Assembly: GCA_020137815.1 (NCBI GenBank)
Contig: CM035357.1
Location: forward strand, 7,502,001 to 7,566,000
Source of the DNA: Hormiphora californensis
Lineage: Eukaryota > Animalia > Ctenophora
Direction of reading: 5' to 3'
DNA length: 64,000 nucleotides
A program made the translations under genes and the position numbers. The stretch's first letter is position 1; each line of letters opens with the position of its first letter. The notes beneath the pieces were generated by a model. It ran no database searches, was not told the DNA's origin, and saw only the letters and a program-made list of their open reading frames with translations. Of the stretch, positions 31,357 to 47,432 are shown one piece after another.

Positions 31357-32505
31357 TCAAGTCTCTATCTCATCAGGAACCGGAGATATGCGCGTTTGAA
31401 ATAAAGTAAAAAAAGACCCCCTGTCCCTATAATATCTGATTGAAAATTTCAAGCCCTTACCCCAATCCAAACCTCGGGGCTCGAATGAATTACCCTTGGT
31501 AGGGGCTACTTCACTTCTCCGAGTGTTCTTTAAATGTGTGTCTTTACATTCTTTGTCGGTACAGACTCGGGAGATCTCAGACTTATGGCAGAGAGGTGGG
31601 TGAAAATCCTGGCACTGGTCACCATAGTTACACCCAGAACGAGTTGCCGTTCCGAACTGACAATAACGGAGGCATCTCTGGGGATGTTCCTTGCTGCAAG
31701 GCTTACCACTGATCAACTTGTCACCATTTGGGCCATGGGGACAGTCTCTCAGTAGATAACGTTCACAAACATTGCTGAATTTAGGAACACCTTGGGGTTT
31801 CACCTCTCCATCAGAAGATATGTCTCCAAGATCCACATCTTTTAGAACTGTCACTCCACCAACAGGAGTTACCAGATCATCAGGATCTTTCTTGACAGGA
31901 GCTTGTTTCTTCTTCCTCTTCTTCTTACCGCTACGGCCTGCCTTTGGACTGATTTTGAACTCGTATTCCTCATCAGATAACACTGATTCTGGATCTTCAG
32001 CACTTCGGTTGCACATGAAGGTTTCAATTTTGTTGTTTTTGTCCTTGCACGGCAGACACAACCAGACCGACCCCGTCAATGACCCAAGGGTGCCATCCAT
32101 AGCCTCGCAATCATGAGACCCCTGCTGGCAAAGAAAACAGCGGACACGAGGAGATTCACCTGGTTTAACTGCATACCCTTCGCCACAGCCCTCACAGTCA
32201 CAAGGAAAATGACTTTCCAGCTGAATGATGATGTAATCGGCTAGTGTAGTGCGGTTCTGGTACCGCTTAGTTTTATCTGCATGTGAGCCGGGGGATGCAC
32301 CGAAAAACGATGCAGCGGCTTCCAGGTGAGCACAGTTGAATGTGCGGATGATGTCTAGATTCTTGGTGTAATCCACATCATGGCGGTAGGCAGACAGGAT
32401 CTTTTTGGTAAGGGGATCTGCTGCGTTTACAAGATTTCCAACGGCAAGGGCATTGCCATCACTTTTGTCATCAGTAGGTGTAGCCATATTTGTCATATCT
32501 GGCAT
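31357..32505 (-). CDS. Non-LTR retrotransposon ORF1-like protein (PHD plus CCCH); copy 2
   Basis: Identical translation to 28364-29512. Confidence 0.7.
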   Translation of the reverse strand: MPDMTNMATPTDDKSDGNALAVGNLVNAADPLTKKILSAYRHDVDYTKNLDIIRTFNCAHLEAAASFFGASPGSHADKTKRYQNRTTLADYIIIQLESHFPCDCEGCGEGYAVKPGESPRVRCFLCQQGSHDCEAMDGTLGSLTGSVWLCLPCKDKNNKIETFMCNRSAEDPESVLSDEEYEFKISPKAGRSGKKKRKKKQAPVKKDPDDLVTPVGGVTVLKDVDLGDISSDGEVKPQGVPKFSNVCERYLLRDCPHGPNGDKLISGKPCSKEHPQRCLRYCQFGTATRSGCNYGDQCQDFHPPLCHKSEISRVCTDKECKDTHLKNTRRSEVAPTKGNSFEPRGLDWGKGLKFSIRYYRDRGSFFTLFQTRISPVPDEIET

Positions 32506-32550
32506 GGCTAGAGCCTACAGAGGGATATTCGAAAACGCACGGGCGCGCGC

Positions 32551-32590
32551 CTCAAATTAATTTGTTTAAAGTAGTGTTGAAAAGTTTGAA
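32551..32590 (-). other. Genomic spliced-leader exon copy 2
   Basis: Identical to 29558-29597. Confidence 0.8.
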
Positions 32591-33031
32591 GCCCTAACCC
32601 TTAAAAAACCGTGAGTGCTGACACTCCAAACACCCAGATTTTAACGCTGGCTTGGCAAAACGCTGCTGGCCCCCGCGGGATAAGGCAGCGCTTTTCAAGC
32701 TGGCCAGTGGCCTGAAGTGAGCAAAATAAAAAAGGGCGTCACTTTTGTTTTTTGGGATTCTTTTTTTAAAGCTCAGCTCGCCGCGCGCGCGTTCGAATAC
32801 GCTGCATTTGCGTGCCGCGCACTGAATACCCAAAAAAGCTCATCAAAAAGATCACTGCACCTTTTCGCTCACTGGTCTGTTTTGGTCTGTTGGTCCATCC
32901 AAACGCCCCATCCTATCTGAAGGTGCCCATCTCCAACCTGTATAAACAGCACCAAAATCAAAAGAAACTGGCATACATGCGAAGGGTACAAGAAGTGGAG
33001 CAGGGTTCATTCACCCCTCTTGTATTCTCCA

Positions 33032-34488
33032 GCCATTATCTTAGCATAGCTTTTTATTCTATTATTCCAAGACGACCGCTTTAGTCGCGGTGGAGAGATG
33101 TTCATACAACACTAGCCATTAGGTTTTTAGTTGTTTCCTCCATTTATAACGCATAAAAGCGGTATATCAAATGTATATATTATTATTAAAAAAAACTATT
33201 TATTGAGCAGGAAGATGTACGTTATGTGACCGCCCCAAAGGGCAGATAAACACGAAATGACTGAATCTGATTATGAAGATCCACGATTTTACCTGGGAGT
33301 AGAGGTCGCTGAACAAGATGATGTCACCTACTGCCAAGAACTAACGGTCGAGTGGGTGAGAGAGGTCCTGACGAAAACTGGAGGTTTTGGGAAGGTAGAC
33401 CCGAATAAGATAATCTATGACCCGGATAATGTAGAGAATCGGTACGGACTATCTGCTGATGATTGGAACAATCTGGAGTTTCCGACGTGGGATAAACTGA
33501 ATAACTCGCTGAAAAAGCCAGAACTCGTAGGTCTTGTTGAGAGTGCGTTCAAAATACTGATGGGTCAGACTTTTCCTATTGTCGCGGAGCTGTTTTCAAT
33601 GGGTGATGATACACTACGGGTGAAGAAGTTCGAGAAGGAGCTCAAAACGCGAAGCGAAGAGCTAATCAAAACCCAGAGAGATTTGGTAGCTGCACAGGAG
33701 GAGCTGCTAAAAATGCAGAGACGATTACTCGAAAAGAGAGAAACTGAAATCACCGCTGTTCAGACAACGGCACAGCTGGAAATAAAAAGCTTTGCATCTG
33801 TTCTGGAGAAAGAGTGTGCTACTGCCCTGGCCCCAAAAAAGATACAGTCGGCTCTTGCTGCAGCATCTGATGATCGTGGATGTAACATCATCATCCATGG
33901 CTTGGACGAACTGAATGACAAGAGTGATGAGCTTGAAACTCAAGTGAAGTCCATTTTTGCTGAGCTGGAAGAGGCTCCGGTTGTGACATCATTAGTGCGA
34001 TTGGGAAAGCAGTCTCAAACTGCCAGACCAGTGAAAGTAGTGCTTCGAAACAGGGATGCTCAGAAGTCGATTCTGTCGAAAAAATCGCAGCTGAGAGGGA
34101 CTGAAAAATATGATAAAGTGTATATTTCCCCGGATCGAACACCGGAGGAGAGAAATGTTAGGAAACTGTTGGTAGATCGACTAAAACAAATGGCTAAGAG
34201 GTATCCTGACAAACACTACATAATCCGTGGGAATGAGGTGGTTGAGGGTACCTGATTTGAATACTGTGTGAGTGTCGATGGGATATATGATAGAGTATTA
34301 AATAGTGAGCACGAACTCTTATCTATAGTCCTAGACTATTAACCCAATCTCGATCTAAGGAAGCCGCTTTAGAAAGTTCTAAACTATCCATTAAGGTTTA
34401 TCTTTATGTTAGTGCTAGTTTGTAATATGTGCTAAAAAGCGGGATATTAAATGTTTATTTGATGATGATGATGATGATATTATTATTA
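33032..34488 (+). mobile_element. ORF1-only non-autonomous non-LTR retroelement with a microsatellite tail
   Basis: Boundaries defined by the interrupted host ORF; no TSD; ends aaaagcgggatattaaatgtttattt(gat)n(att)n; no reverse transcriptase. Confidence 0.7.
33257..34255 (+). CDS. LINE ORF1-type protein (coiled coil, RRM, C-terminal domain; L2/CR1-like)
   Basis: Intact 332 aa; heptad-rich coil followed by NIIIHGLDE...VRLGK...RPVKVVL...ILSKKSQLR...VYISPDRTPEERNVRKLL. Confidence 0.8.
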   Translation: MTESDYEDPRFYLGVEVAEQDDVTYCQELTVEWVREVLTKTGGFGKVDPNKIIYDPDNVENRYGLSADDWNNLEFPTWDKLNNSLKKPELVGLVESAFKILMGQTFPIVAELFSMGDDTLRVKKFEKELKTRSEELIKTQRDLVAAQEELLKMQRRLLEKRETEITAVQTTAQLEIKSFASVLEKECATALAPKKIQSALAAASDDRGCNIIIHGLDELNDKSDELETQVKSIFAELEEAPVVTSLVRLGKQSQTARPVKVVLRNRDAQKSILSKKSQLRGTEKYDKVYISPDRTPEERNVRKLLVDRLKQMAKRYPDKHYIIRGNEVVEGT

Positions 34489-34787
34489 CATCGGGAGGTT
34501 TTGCTGCAGAGGTAGGGAAGGTTTTGGACAAAGCGGCCAGGAAGATTTGTCAGAAACACAAGGAGTGTTACGCTGAAACAGTGTCCTTCATCCGAGAAAA
34601 GACACGATTCAGTTTGCTAAGATCAACACTTGTTGCGCTTCGGGGAACCAAGAGAAGGGTTGTCCCAGTCAGTGTAGAAGATGTAGATTTTCGAGATAAG
34701 TGAGCAGAGAGAGGGAGTATGAGAGTATGAAGGTGTGTGGGTAATTTATTATAATTCTTTCATCACGTTTTTTGGAGTTTTGGTCTG

Positions 34788-35047
34788 TTGAGGTCAGAGC
34801 ACAACAGCTATCTTGCAACCATAGGCCCTCGTCAGGTGACAGTATCACACTGTCAGGCCAATACACTGACCGCGGTTCTTATCTTGCACTTGAAAGAAAT
34901 AAGGTCAGACCAGTGACAGGTGTCAGTGACACCGTGTCACATTGCCACCCTGATATCACACGAAAAACACCAAGAGCTGGGGACACCCTGTCCGAGCATT
35001 GGCCTGGCCCTATTCTCAGAACTGCGGTCAGAGCATTGAGCTGACAG
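34788..35047. repeat. Dispersed short palindromic repeat family (gtcagagcattggcctgac)
   Basis: Related motifs also at ~9337-9410, 27743-27763, 39655-39733, 57942-57962 and 59455-59530. Confidence 0.65.
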
Positions 35048-35490
35048 GGAACACCCCAGTACCACGTATGAAGATCATGCTTGATTTCGGAGTGTATAAT
35101 ACTGGATCCTGCTACTATGGGTGCCTCATGCATGATCATTGCTATGGTCAAAGGTGGGCCTCATGTGTGTCTCAGCTGGGTTGTTGAGTAAGGGGGTAGA
35201 GACTAGAGGTCCATATATATCACTAAATCTTTGTTGTTACTCAAAAACTAAACCTGGTAGCAATGACATATGCAGAAGTCCCCAATTTGCAAACTGTAAG
35301 TGTTTGTCAACAGACCCTCCGAAATTCCACATTAAATCCACCACATGTCTGATGTCGTGCAAGTAGTTGAATTGTAATCCATTGTGTGTGTGAGATCTAT
35401 GTCACGTGATTCTTGCTTGTTAAGCCACTCTCCACACTCTCTCTCGTTGCCATTGCAAGAAACTCCACAAAGTCTCTGTAATTACACACC

Positions 35491-38400
35491 ATGTCCTCTT
35501 CTTCCTCTTCAAGGTATATTATCAATTTGTATCTAAAATACCGGATTCCCTGATTTTTGTTTTAGTTTAACCAATATTGTACTTAAGTTTATTTTCTGTG
35601 CGTTGTTTCTTGTCCTCATCTGTCAACGTCTTTTCAGAGTTTGCGGGCTGGTATTGCTATTCGTTGGTCTTGTTACGGGAGAATTAACTCAGATTCCCGA
35701 ACTGACAGTCACTGAGGGACCTTCTGGTGGTTCTGTTGTTAAAGGTGAGCTAATTAACTAATAATTAACTAATAATAATTATAATTAACATATAATTAAC
35801 CTATAGTTAACTGCAAAAGCTATCAAATACGTACTGTAAAGTCTGAATTTGTTTAAATTTGGCATTATTCCCATATATTCCCAGGTAACAGGTTTGATTT
35901 CACCTGCAAGGCAGAGACAAGTGCGGATCTGTCAGTGACCTACAGCTGGAGGCGGATCACCAACCTCAACTCTTTAAATCCTACCTACGAGACACTGTCT
36001 ACTGTCAACACGGGATCTGAGGGAGTGTACATTGAGTATAATGCACAGGTGAGTGTGATTTGGCTGACTTATTTCCTGTGGCATCATATGTACCTGTTTT
36101 TACGACTCATGTGTAACCATGTAACCATGGTAATAACAGGGGTAATAACAGACCCACGGTAATAAAAGAATGTGTGACCATGAATGTGTAACCATGGTAA
36201 TAACAGAATTCACCTCCAGGACTCAGCATTCTACTTTTGCGTTGTTACATCTGGTGACTTTGTAACTTCAAGCGACGGAGCCTACCTGGAGGTGGGTTAC
36301 CTTGATGATTTTGAGGATGGTGCAGGACCCTCAGCGGTCACCTACTCAGAGGCCCGCCTGACAGTGGAGTTACAATGCAGTATTCCCGATAGTAATCCTT
36401 ACCCCACTGTGACTTGGTACAAGCAGGGTGTTCCCTTCACTGCTGAGAACGCTATCATGGCCAGGTGAACAATCAAAATATAGTAGCAGAGTAACTAGAG
36501 TTGATTAGAGCATTTCAAAGAGGGAGAACTAGCAGATATAGATGTAGCGAAAACATAAACAGAAAAACTAGCTGTTAAATAATCTCCCCCAGAGACCCGA
36601 AGGGCCATTAACCCCATCCCCCCAGAGACTCCAAGGGACGTCCCTCCAACTTGGTGATATTCGACATCACTGTCTCTGATTCTGGAGAGTACTATTGTGG
36701 TGTCTCTAACAGCATTACCCAAACATTCTACGGGACTGATAGTGCTTATGTGAGGATTGAGGTTGGCGCTACAACTACGGGAAGCTGGGATCCAGTCCGG
36801 GTTGTACCTAACTATGATGTAAGATATACTTCGATATCGGATATAATAATTGCAAGAATATCGGGGTACCATCCCTTTCCATCACCCTCTATTTCTAATT
36901 ACCTAAATGCACACTTCATCACTCGATTAATAACCCCTCTTTTTGCAGTACCAAGGAACAGAGGGAACGACCATCACGTTGTATGCAGGTGTTGCTAGTC
37001 GTCCCAAGGCCGACTACATCTGGAGTATCGATGGTGTCACAATTACCACAGGAGACAGGTTAGTTGCCAGGATATATTCGTTACCATAGTGATACAGTTT
37101 AGTTGCCACGGTGTTCGTTATCATGGCGATACAATAATTCTAATTTCACTTGTCACATCAACCACCCTTGTTACCCCACAGGTTTTCCTTTGATGATTAC
37201 GACCGGTCCCTGATCATCTCGGATCTCCAGACGACCGATCAGGGAACCTATGTGGTGACATACGAGCAGGATGGTGTGAGTGAGGGTACTATTAATGTTG
37301 TCTTGGATGTCATTGAGAAGGTGGAAGCTGAGGGAGATGTATACGACTATGCTACTGTTGAGGGTTCGTTCTAACCACCATATATGGGAGATGACAAAAT
37401 TTGGCCATCCTTTGTGTCTCTTCACATACAGCCACCACTATAGCAGTTCCGCGTTACTGCAATCCCTTCTAAACCTCCCTATCTCCAGGCGAGGATCTGG
37501 ATCTGGATTGTGGCTGCTCTGGCTCACCCCCTGATTGGGTTCAATACAGTACAGACTCACCTGCTACTCAGTGGCTCAAAAACGGCAATCTCCTCACTAA
37601 CGGTAATCTGTACTTCCCCCGCCATCTCTATTCTTGTTCAGTGTTGTTGAGTAACAATGATGTACCATATTAATCGCAGTCCTGTAACCTCTTTCTCTCG
37701 CCCACAGACAGTAAAACTGAGGTATATGTGACAGTGAATAATAAGAACACTGGTAAAGCGCTGGTAAAAAGTGTCTCGGATGGGGATTCTGGCACATACG
37801 CCTGTACATGTTTTAACCAGGTATATTTGAGTCGCATGACTCGGTTACGAAGTCACCCCTTTTATTGCATACAGTGAGCTATACTAACGCGGAGGGGTAA
37901 TTTCATTACCAATCGCTTGACATTGTTTAAACAATTTTACCGTTGCTGACAGTTGAAACTCAACATTTCAGGCGGAGTTCCTGTCCTTTACAAAGAATGT
38001 GTTTGTAGCTGATGAGATGGTAGCATTGAGTATCGCATCACAGAGGGAGGGATGGGGTCTGGTGGGGTCCACTGTTTCCATATCTTGTGTGGCTGAGGGG
38101 GTACCCCGGCCAAACATTGATTGGTATACTGGAGGTAGTAAAGTGGTAGAGGGGGTCTTTCCACGATCAAAAGCTGGATTTACAATCAAGTAAGTGGGGG
38201 TCTACTGTTTCCATATCTTGTGTGGCTGAGGGGGTACCCCGGCCAAACATTGATTGGTATACTGGAGGTAGTAAAGTGGTAGAAGGGGTATTTCCACGAT
38301 CAAAAGCTGGATTTACAATCAAGTAAGTGATGTGAACACTCTGTAGTACCGGCCCACACCCAATTCATTCACACAGTATAGAAAGTAGTTCCTCAAGGCT

Positions 38401-39349
38401 CAATCCGTGAGAGTAAAACAGATCCCTTTCTTATCCACCTTTGCTAATTGCTGTTGACTAACCACCCTCTTCCCTCGCTAGATACGTCCGAAGTATGTTC
38501 AAGACCATCAGCTATCTAGTGTTGGATGACTCAGAAAACCAGGATAGTGGGCAGTTTACGTGTATGGCCCACCACAGTGTGAAGGGAACCCAATACAACG
38601 CAACGTCCACCTCCACCCTCACCATCGCATACCCTACCTCCTCCCGGATCCAATGCCTCAACACCACAGTCGAGGAAGGATCTGCAGCTACCATTGTTTG
38701 CGGAGTAAGTGGTGTTCCCATGCCAACCGTGACATACACCAAGATAAATGAGACTGATGGGAGTCTCATTACCCTGGATGAGAGTTTCGGGTATGTCACC
38801 AACACCAGTTACTTTGTAATCCACAATGTGCAACTCTCCGATATGGGCCAGTACCGGGGATACGCAACTAACAAAGATACAGGAGGGTTCCTTGCGAGGT
38901 TCGATGTCATTACACTAACAGTCACCGCCAAATCCTCCCAGATGTCCATGAATGCTATCATTGGGTTGTCTGTTCTAGTTGCCTTCCTGCTCCTGGGAGG
39001 TCTGGTGTGTCTCATTCTATTGGGACGGTGGAAGAGGGAGAAGGAATTTAACGAAGAGGTAGCCAGGTTGGTTGCAGAGAGGGAAGATACTGTTGCAGAG
39101 ATGCAGCAGCGATTACAACTGAGGAGCATGGAGAATGTAGCACCTGTTCTTGGTAACCCCCTGCACCAGCTCACCGAGGCTAGGAGGCAGATGCCATCCT
39201 TCTATGCAGCCAACATTGCTGCCATGGCAACTGCCCCCGCTACCAAGGCCCTTCCTCCCTCGATGAGGGTGAAGAAGAGGAGGGGTGGCAGTGTTATCTC
39301 CAGTTCAATGAGCGAGGTGGAGGAGACTGGACGTGCAGGGGACATGTGA
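35491..39349 (+). CDS. Immunoglobulin-superfamily type I membrane protein (about six Ig domains), multi-exon
   Basis: Signal-like VCGLVLLFVGLVTG; repeated Ig motifs (FTCKA..YSW, DSAFYFC, DSGEYYC, DQGTYV, CVAEGVPRPNIDW, DSGQFTC, CGVSGVPMPTV, DMGQY); transmembrane IIGLSVLVAFLLLGGLVCLILL; short coiled-coil tail. Confidence 0.85.
38062..38328 (+). repeat. 133-bp tandem duplication of an exon 3' half plus its donor
   Basis: ...ggatttacaatcaa|gtaagtg at 38190 and again at 38323. Confidence 0.9.
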
Positions 39350-39855
39350 TGTGTTCGTGCTGGCAAGGAGGTGGTGATCCCGTGGGTGATGAGAGGTGAG
39401 GAGATGATGTCACCTGGTGGGGTGGATCTATCGGACAGAAACAACAAACTATCCCTCCCTGCCTACTGTGTTATCTGAGTTTCGGACTGTCGTCAGAGTT
39501 ACATGGTGGGTGGGGAGGGAAAGAGAAACTTCTTGTCAGCAGTGTTTATATGTAAATCGCAAGTGTAAATGTATCTGTACAGAATCATTGTAAATATCCT
39601 TTCCAATCAGTTGATCAGCAAATTAAAATCAGTCTTTTTGATTCGTTAATCTGCTCTGTCAGAGCATTGGCCTGACCCATTCTCGTTTCTCTGCAGAGCG
39701 CGCGAGAACTGTGGTCAGAGCATTGGCCTGACAGTAACTGCTTCATATTTTGAATGACTGCTTGAAAATATCGAAGTTTGGTAGAGGTCTTCAACGCAAA
39801 AAGAAGTTGGTTAATGGTTATTTCATTTGCAGAGAATGTATACTTCGTGGGGTGT

Positions 39856-40431
39856 TCAACAGGCGTTTATGTAGATTGCCACCGCTTCTTTCCCTTTTGA
39901 ACCCAAGCCACCTTTCTGGCACTTTTTAGAGTCTTTTGGAATGGGTTTCTTGAGATGTAACGCTGAACCACAGTATTTCCCTCCCTCACCCAATGCTATC
40001 CAAATTTGCCCTGAAACATGTTGATTTTGACTATGAACCAAACAACAAAGTGTGTGTCGCTCACCATAGGGGCGCGACGTGCCCAAACCACGGGTTAATT
40101 CGAAGGGTATTTAAAAAAAAGTATGTCGCCAAGCAGGAGTCTTACGTCTTTGTTTCATGGCAAGTTCTCTACACCTCAACAGCATGTCACCATGGTTACC
40201 ATCACTAGCTGCCTTGTTACCATGGTTACCAGCCGCCTTGTTACCAGCCGCCTTGTTACCATGGTTACCAGCCGCCTTGTTACCATGGTTACCAGCTGCC
40301 TTGTACCCTGCCACGGGTCTAAACCTTCCTTCATCTCTCTTGTAGCAGCCTGCATACACCAAACAACGGTGACCACGGGCTACTGCAGACTCTGGAACTA
40401 GGCAGAGTAGAGCAAGGAGAACTAGTAACAT
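39856..40431 (-). CDS. Small secreted WSC-like protein with a KAAGNHGN repeat insert (exons 40431-40146 and 40010-39856)
   Basis: Signal MLLVLLALLCLVPESAVA; YAGCYKRD...CRELA...IALGEGGKYCGS...CQKGGLG...AVAIY resembles a WSC domain; phase-1 GT-AG intron. Confidence 0.6.
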
Positions 40432-40666
40432 ATGTGTGTGCTGTATAAGTAGGTCTGGCATAGAACATTATATGCTGGTATTTTGTATTGAGGTAGGGAT
40501 AAAAAGTCTTCAGGGGAATATCTAACAGGGGTTATCTAGATCCAATCACTTTCTGAGAAATCATTGGCCCAGGCATATTTTATCATTCTTGCGGAATCGA
40601 GTGATAATTTATGGATTAAAAGTTAGTGATGCAGCTGTAGGTTCTGGAAGGTGTTGTGCACCTTAA

Positions 40667-42058
40667 GGGTACGCTAACCAAAAATTTTTTTCGAGTGCAG
40701 GGAAATCTCTCACCGTAGGGTTGTAGGCCATGCCAAGGAGACCTCAAATATGCAATTTGAGCTCTCAAGTCGAATTCATATTTTTGCTACAGCTGTTTAA
40801 AAAATGTCCTGAAAATACGTTTTTGGCATATCAAAAAATTTTTTTTAAAGATAGGAGCATGAAAATTTGGGGATTTGAAGAGGACATGAAGGTGAATAAC
40901 CACAAAAATTTTTTTTGCAATCCGAGCTGATTTCCGGTCCTGAGAAGGATTTCTTTTTTTCCACTTTAACGCCCTATTTGGCAAAGTTCCGAAAACATGT
41001 GAAAGCTGTAAATTGGTGAAAAGTTGCGTCTAACGATTATCTAAGTGGCCATAAATTTTAGGCGCGTCCTTATTTGAGATAAGCTGTACAGAATTTTTTT
41101 TTGTGAAAGCCGTCATTTCAGAAATAAATAAATTCCCTGTATCTCAAAAACGGCTGATCGTAGAGACCTGAGACTATGCTTAAACGATTCAGAAGGTCCG
41201 ATTTTGGGGGGGTCTTCTGAGAGACATTTTGCTCCTACTTCAACCGTTTTTGCTGTAATTGCGAAAAACAAATTCTATGAAAAGGGCAAAAGCTAAACTC
41301 CAATATCCTGTATTTAGGGAATTTTGGCTAAGAAAGGACCGAAACTATGGAAAAATATGTAACAAGCTAATTCCTTCACTATTTGGTCCATATGGGTCCC
41401 TATAATCACCAAAAACAAAATCACAAAAAATCCACGATGGCGAAGATGGGTTTTTGTTTTTCGCAATTACAGCAAAAACGGTTGAAGTAGGAGCAAAATG
41501 TCTCTCAGAAGACCCCCCCAAAATCGGACCTTCTGAATCGTTTAAGCATAGTCTCAGGTCTCTACGATCAGCCGTTTTTGAGATACAGGGAATTTATTTA
41601 TTTCTGAAATGACGGCTTTCACAAAAAAAAATTCTGTACAGCTTATCTCAAATAAGGACGCGCCTAAAATTTATGGCCACTTAGATAATCGTTAGACGCA
41701 ACTTTTCACCAATTTACAGCTTTCACATGTTTTCGGAACTTTGCCAAATAGGGCGTTAAAGTGGAAAAAAAGAAATCCTTCTCAGGACCGGAAATCAGCT
41801 CGGATTGCAAAAAAAATTTTTGTGGTTATTCACCTTCATGTCCTCTTCAAATCCCCAAATTTTCATGCTCCTATCTTTAAAAAAATTTTTTTGATATGCC
41901 AAAAACGTATTTTCAGGACATTTTTTAAACAGCTGTAGCAAAAATATGAATTCGACTTGAGAGCTCAAATTGCATATTTGAGGTCTCCTTGGCATGGCCT
42001 ACAACCCTACGGTGAGAGATTTCCCTGCACTCGAAAAAAATTTTTGGTTAGCGTACCC
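40667..42058. mobile_element. Foldback non-autonomous DNA transposon with ~600-bp TIRs and TTAA TSD (Kolobok-like termini)
   Basis: TTAA|gggtacgctaacc...ggttagcgtaccc|TTAA; arms ~40667-41272 and ~41453-42058 nearly identical in inversion. Confidence 0.9.
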
Positions 42059-42614
42059 TTAATCTAGATGAGATTAAACTTTAGGTACCGAATTTATTTT
42101 GTTATCAATCGGATAATTTATCAGCATTTTTAAGGAAACACCGCTCACCGTGCCTGTTATCATCGCTCCTATTTCGGAATTCCTAAACATTATTGTCTCC
42201 TCTGGAAATTGAATAATGGCCGCGGCTTCCTCAGATTTCAAAACGACCGCCCGGTATAATTCCTACTGCAATGTCTACTGCAATTCTGACAACAATACTC
42301 CCGTGAAACTGAATTCTTTCCACGCACGTGTAAAAACACAAAACAGTTAACCGGATTTAGCAACACTGTTTGATAATGATATTACACATGCACATATATA
42401 ACACTGCGTATTCAGCTGCAGTCTTGTTTGTCTCTCGAAGGATCTCCATTCTCTGAATTCTGGGCAGCATCTCCCCTTATCGATCCAGAAGACCGGAGAG
42501 AGGGGTAATTTTGAAAATATAATAAATTAAATTTACTCCGTTATCAGCTCTTATCAGCTCGCTCCCCCATCTCGTATAATAATGGGTCACCATCGCTCCG
42601 GCTTCATTTCCAAA

Positions 42615-47432
<4,818 letters not shown>

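Larger units (their letters stand above)
28241..34210. repeat. Tandem duplication of a ~2993-bp block (28241-31233 / 31234-~34210)
   Basis: First ~2 kb of the two copies near-identical with identical ORFs; 30270-31233 is a heavily garbled copy of ~33262-34210. Confidence 0.9.
32890..34670 (+). mobile_element. 3' remnant of a CRE-like (restriction-like endonuclease) non-LTR retrotransposon, split by the 33032-34488 insertion
   Basis: VHPNAPSY...LYKQHQNQKKLAYMRRVQEVEQGSFTPLVFS (to 33031) resumes in frame at 34489 as T-SGGFAAEVGKVLDKAARKI...YAETVSFIREKTRFSLLRSTLVALRGT. Confidence 0.75.

Noticed and set aside
40730-41995. Mirror-image 65-66 aa ORFs
   Set aside because: By-products of the long TIRs; no transposase motifs
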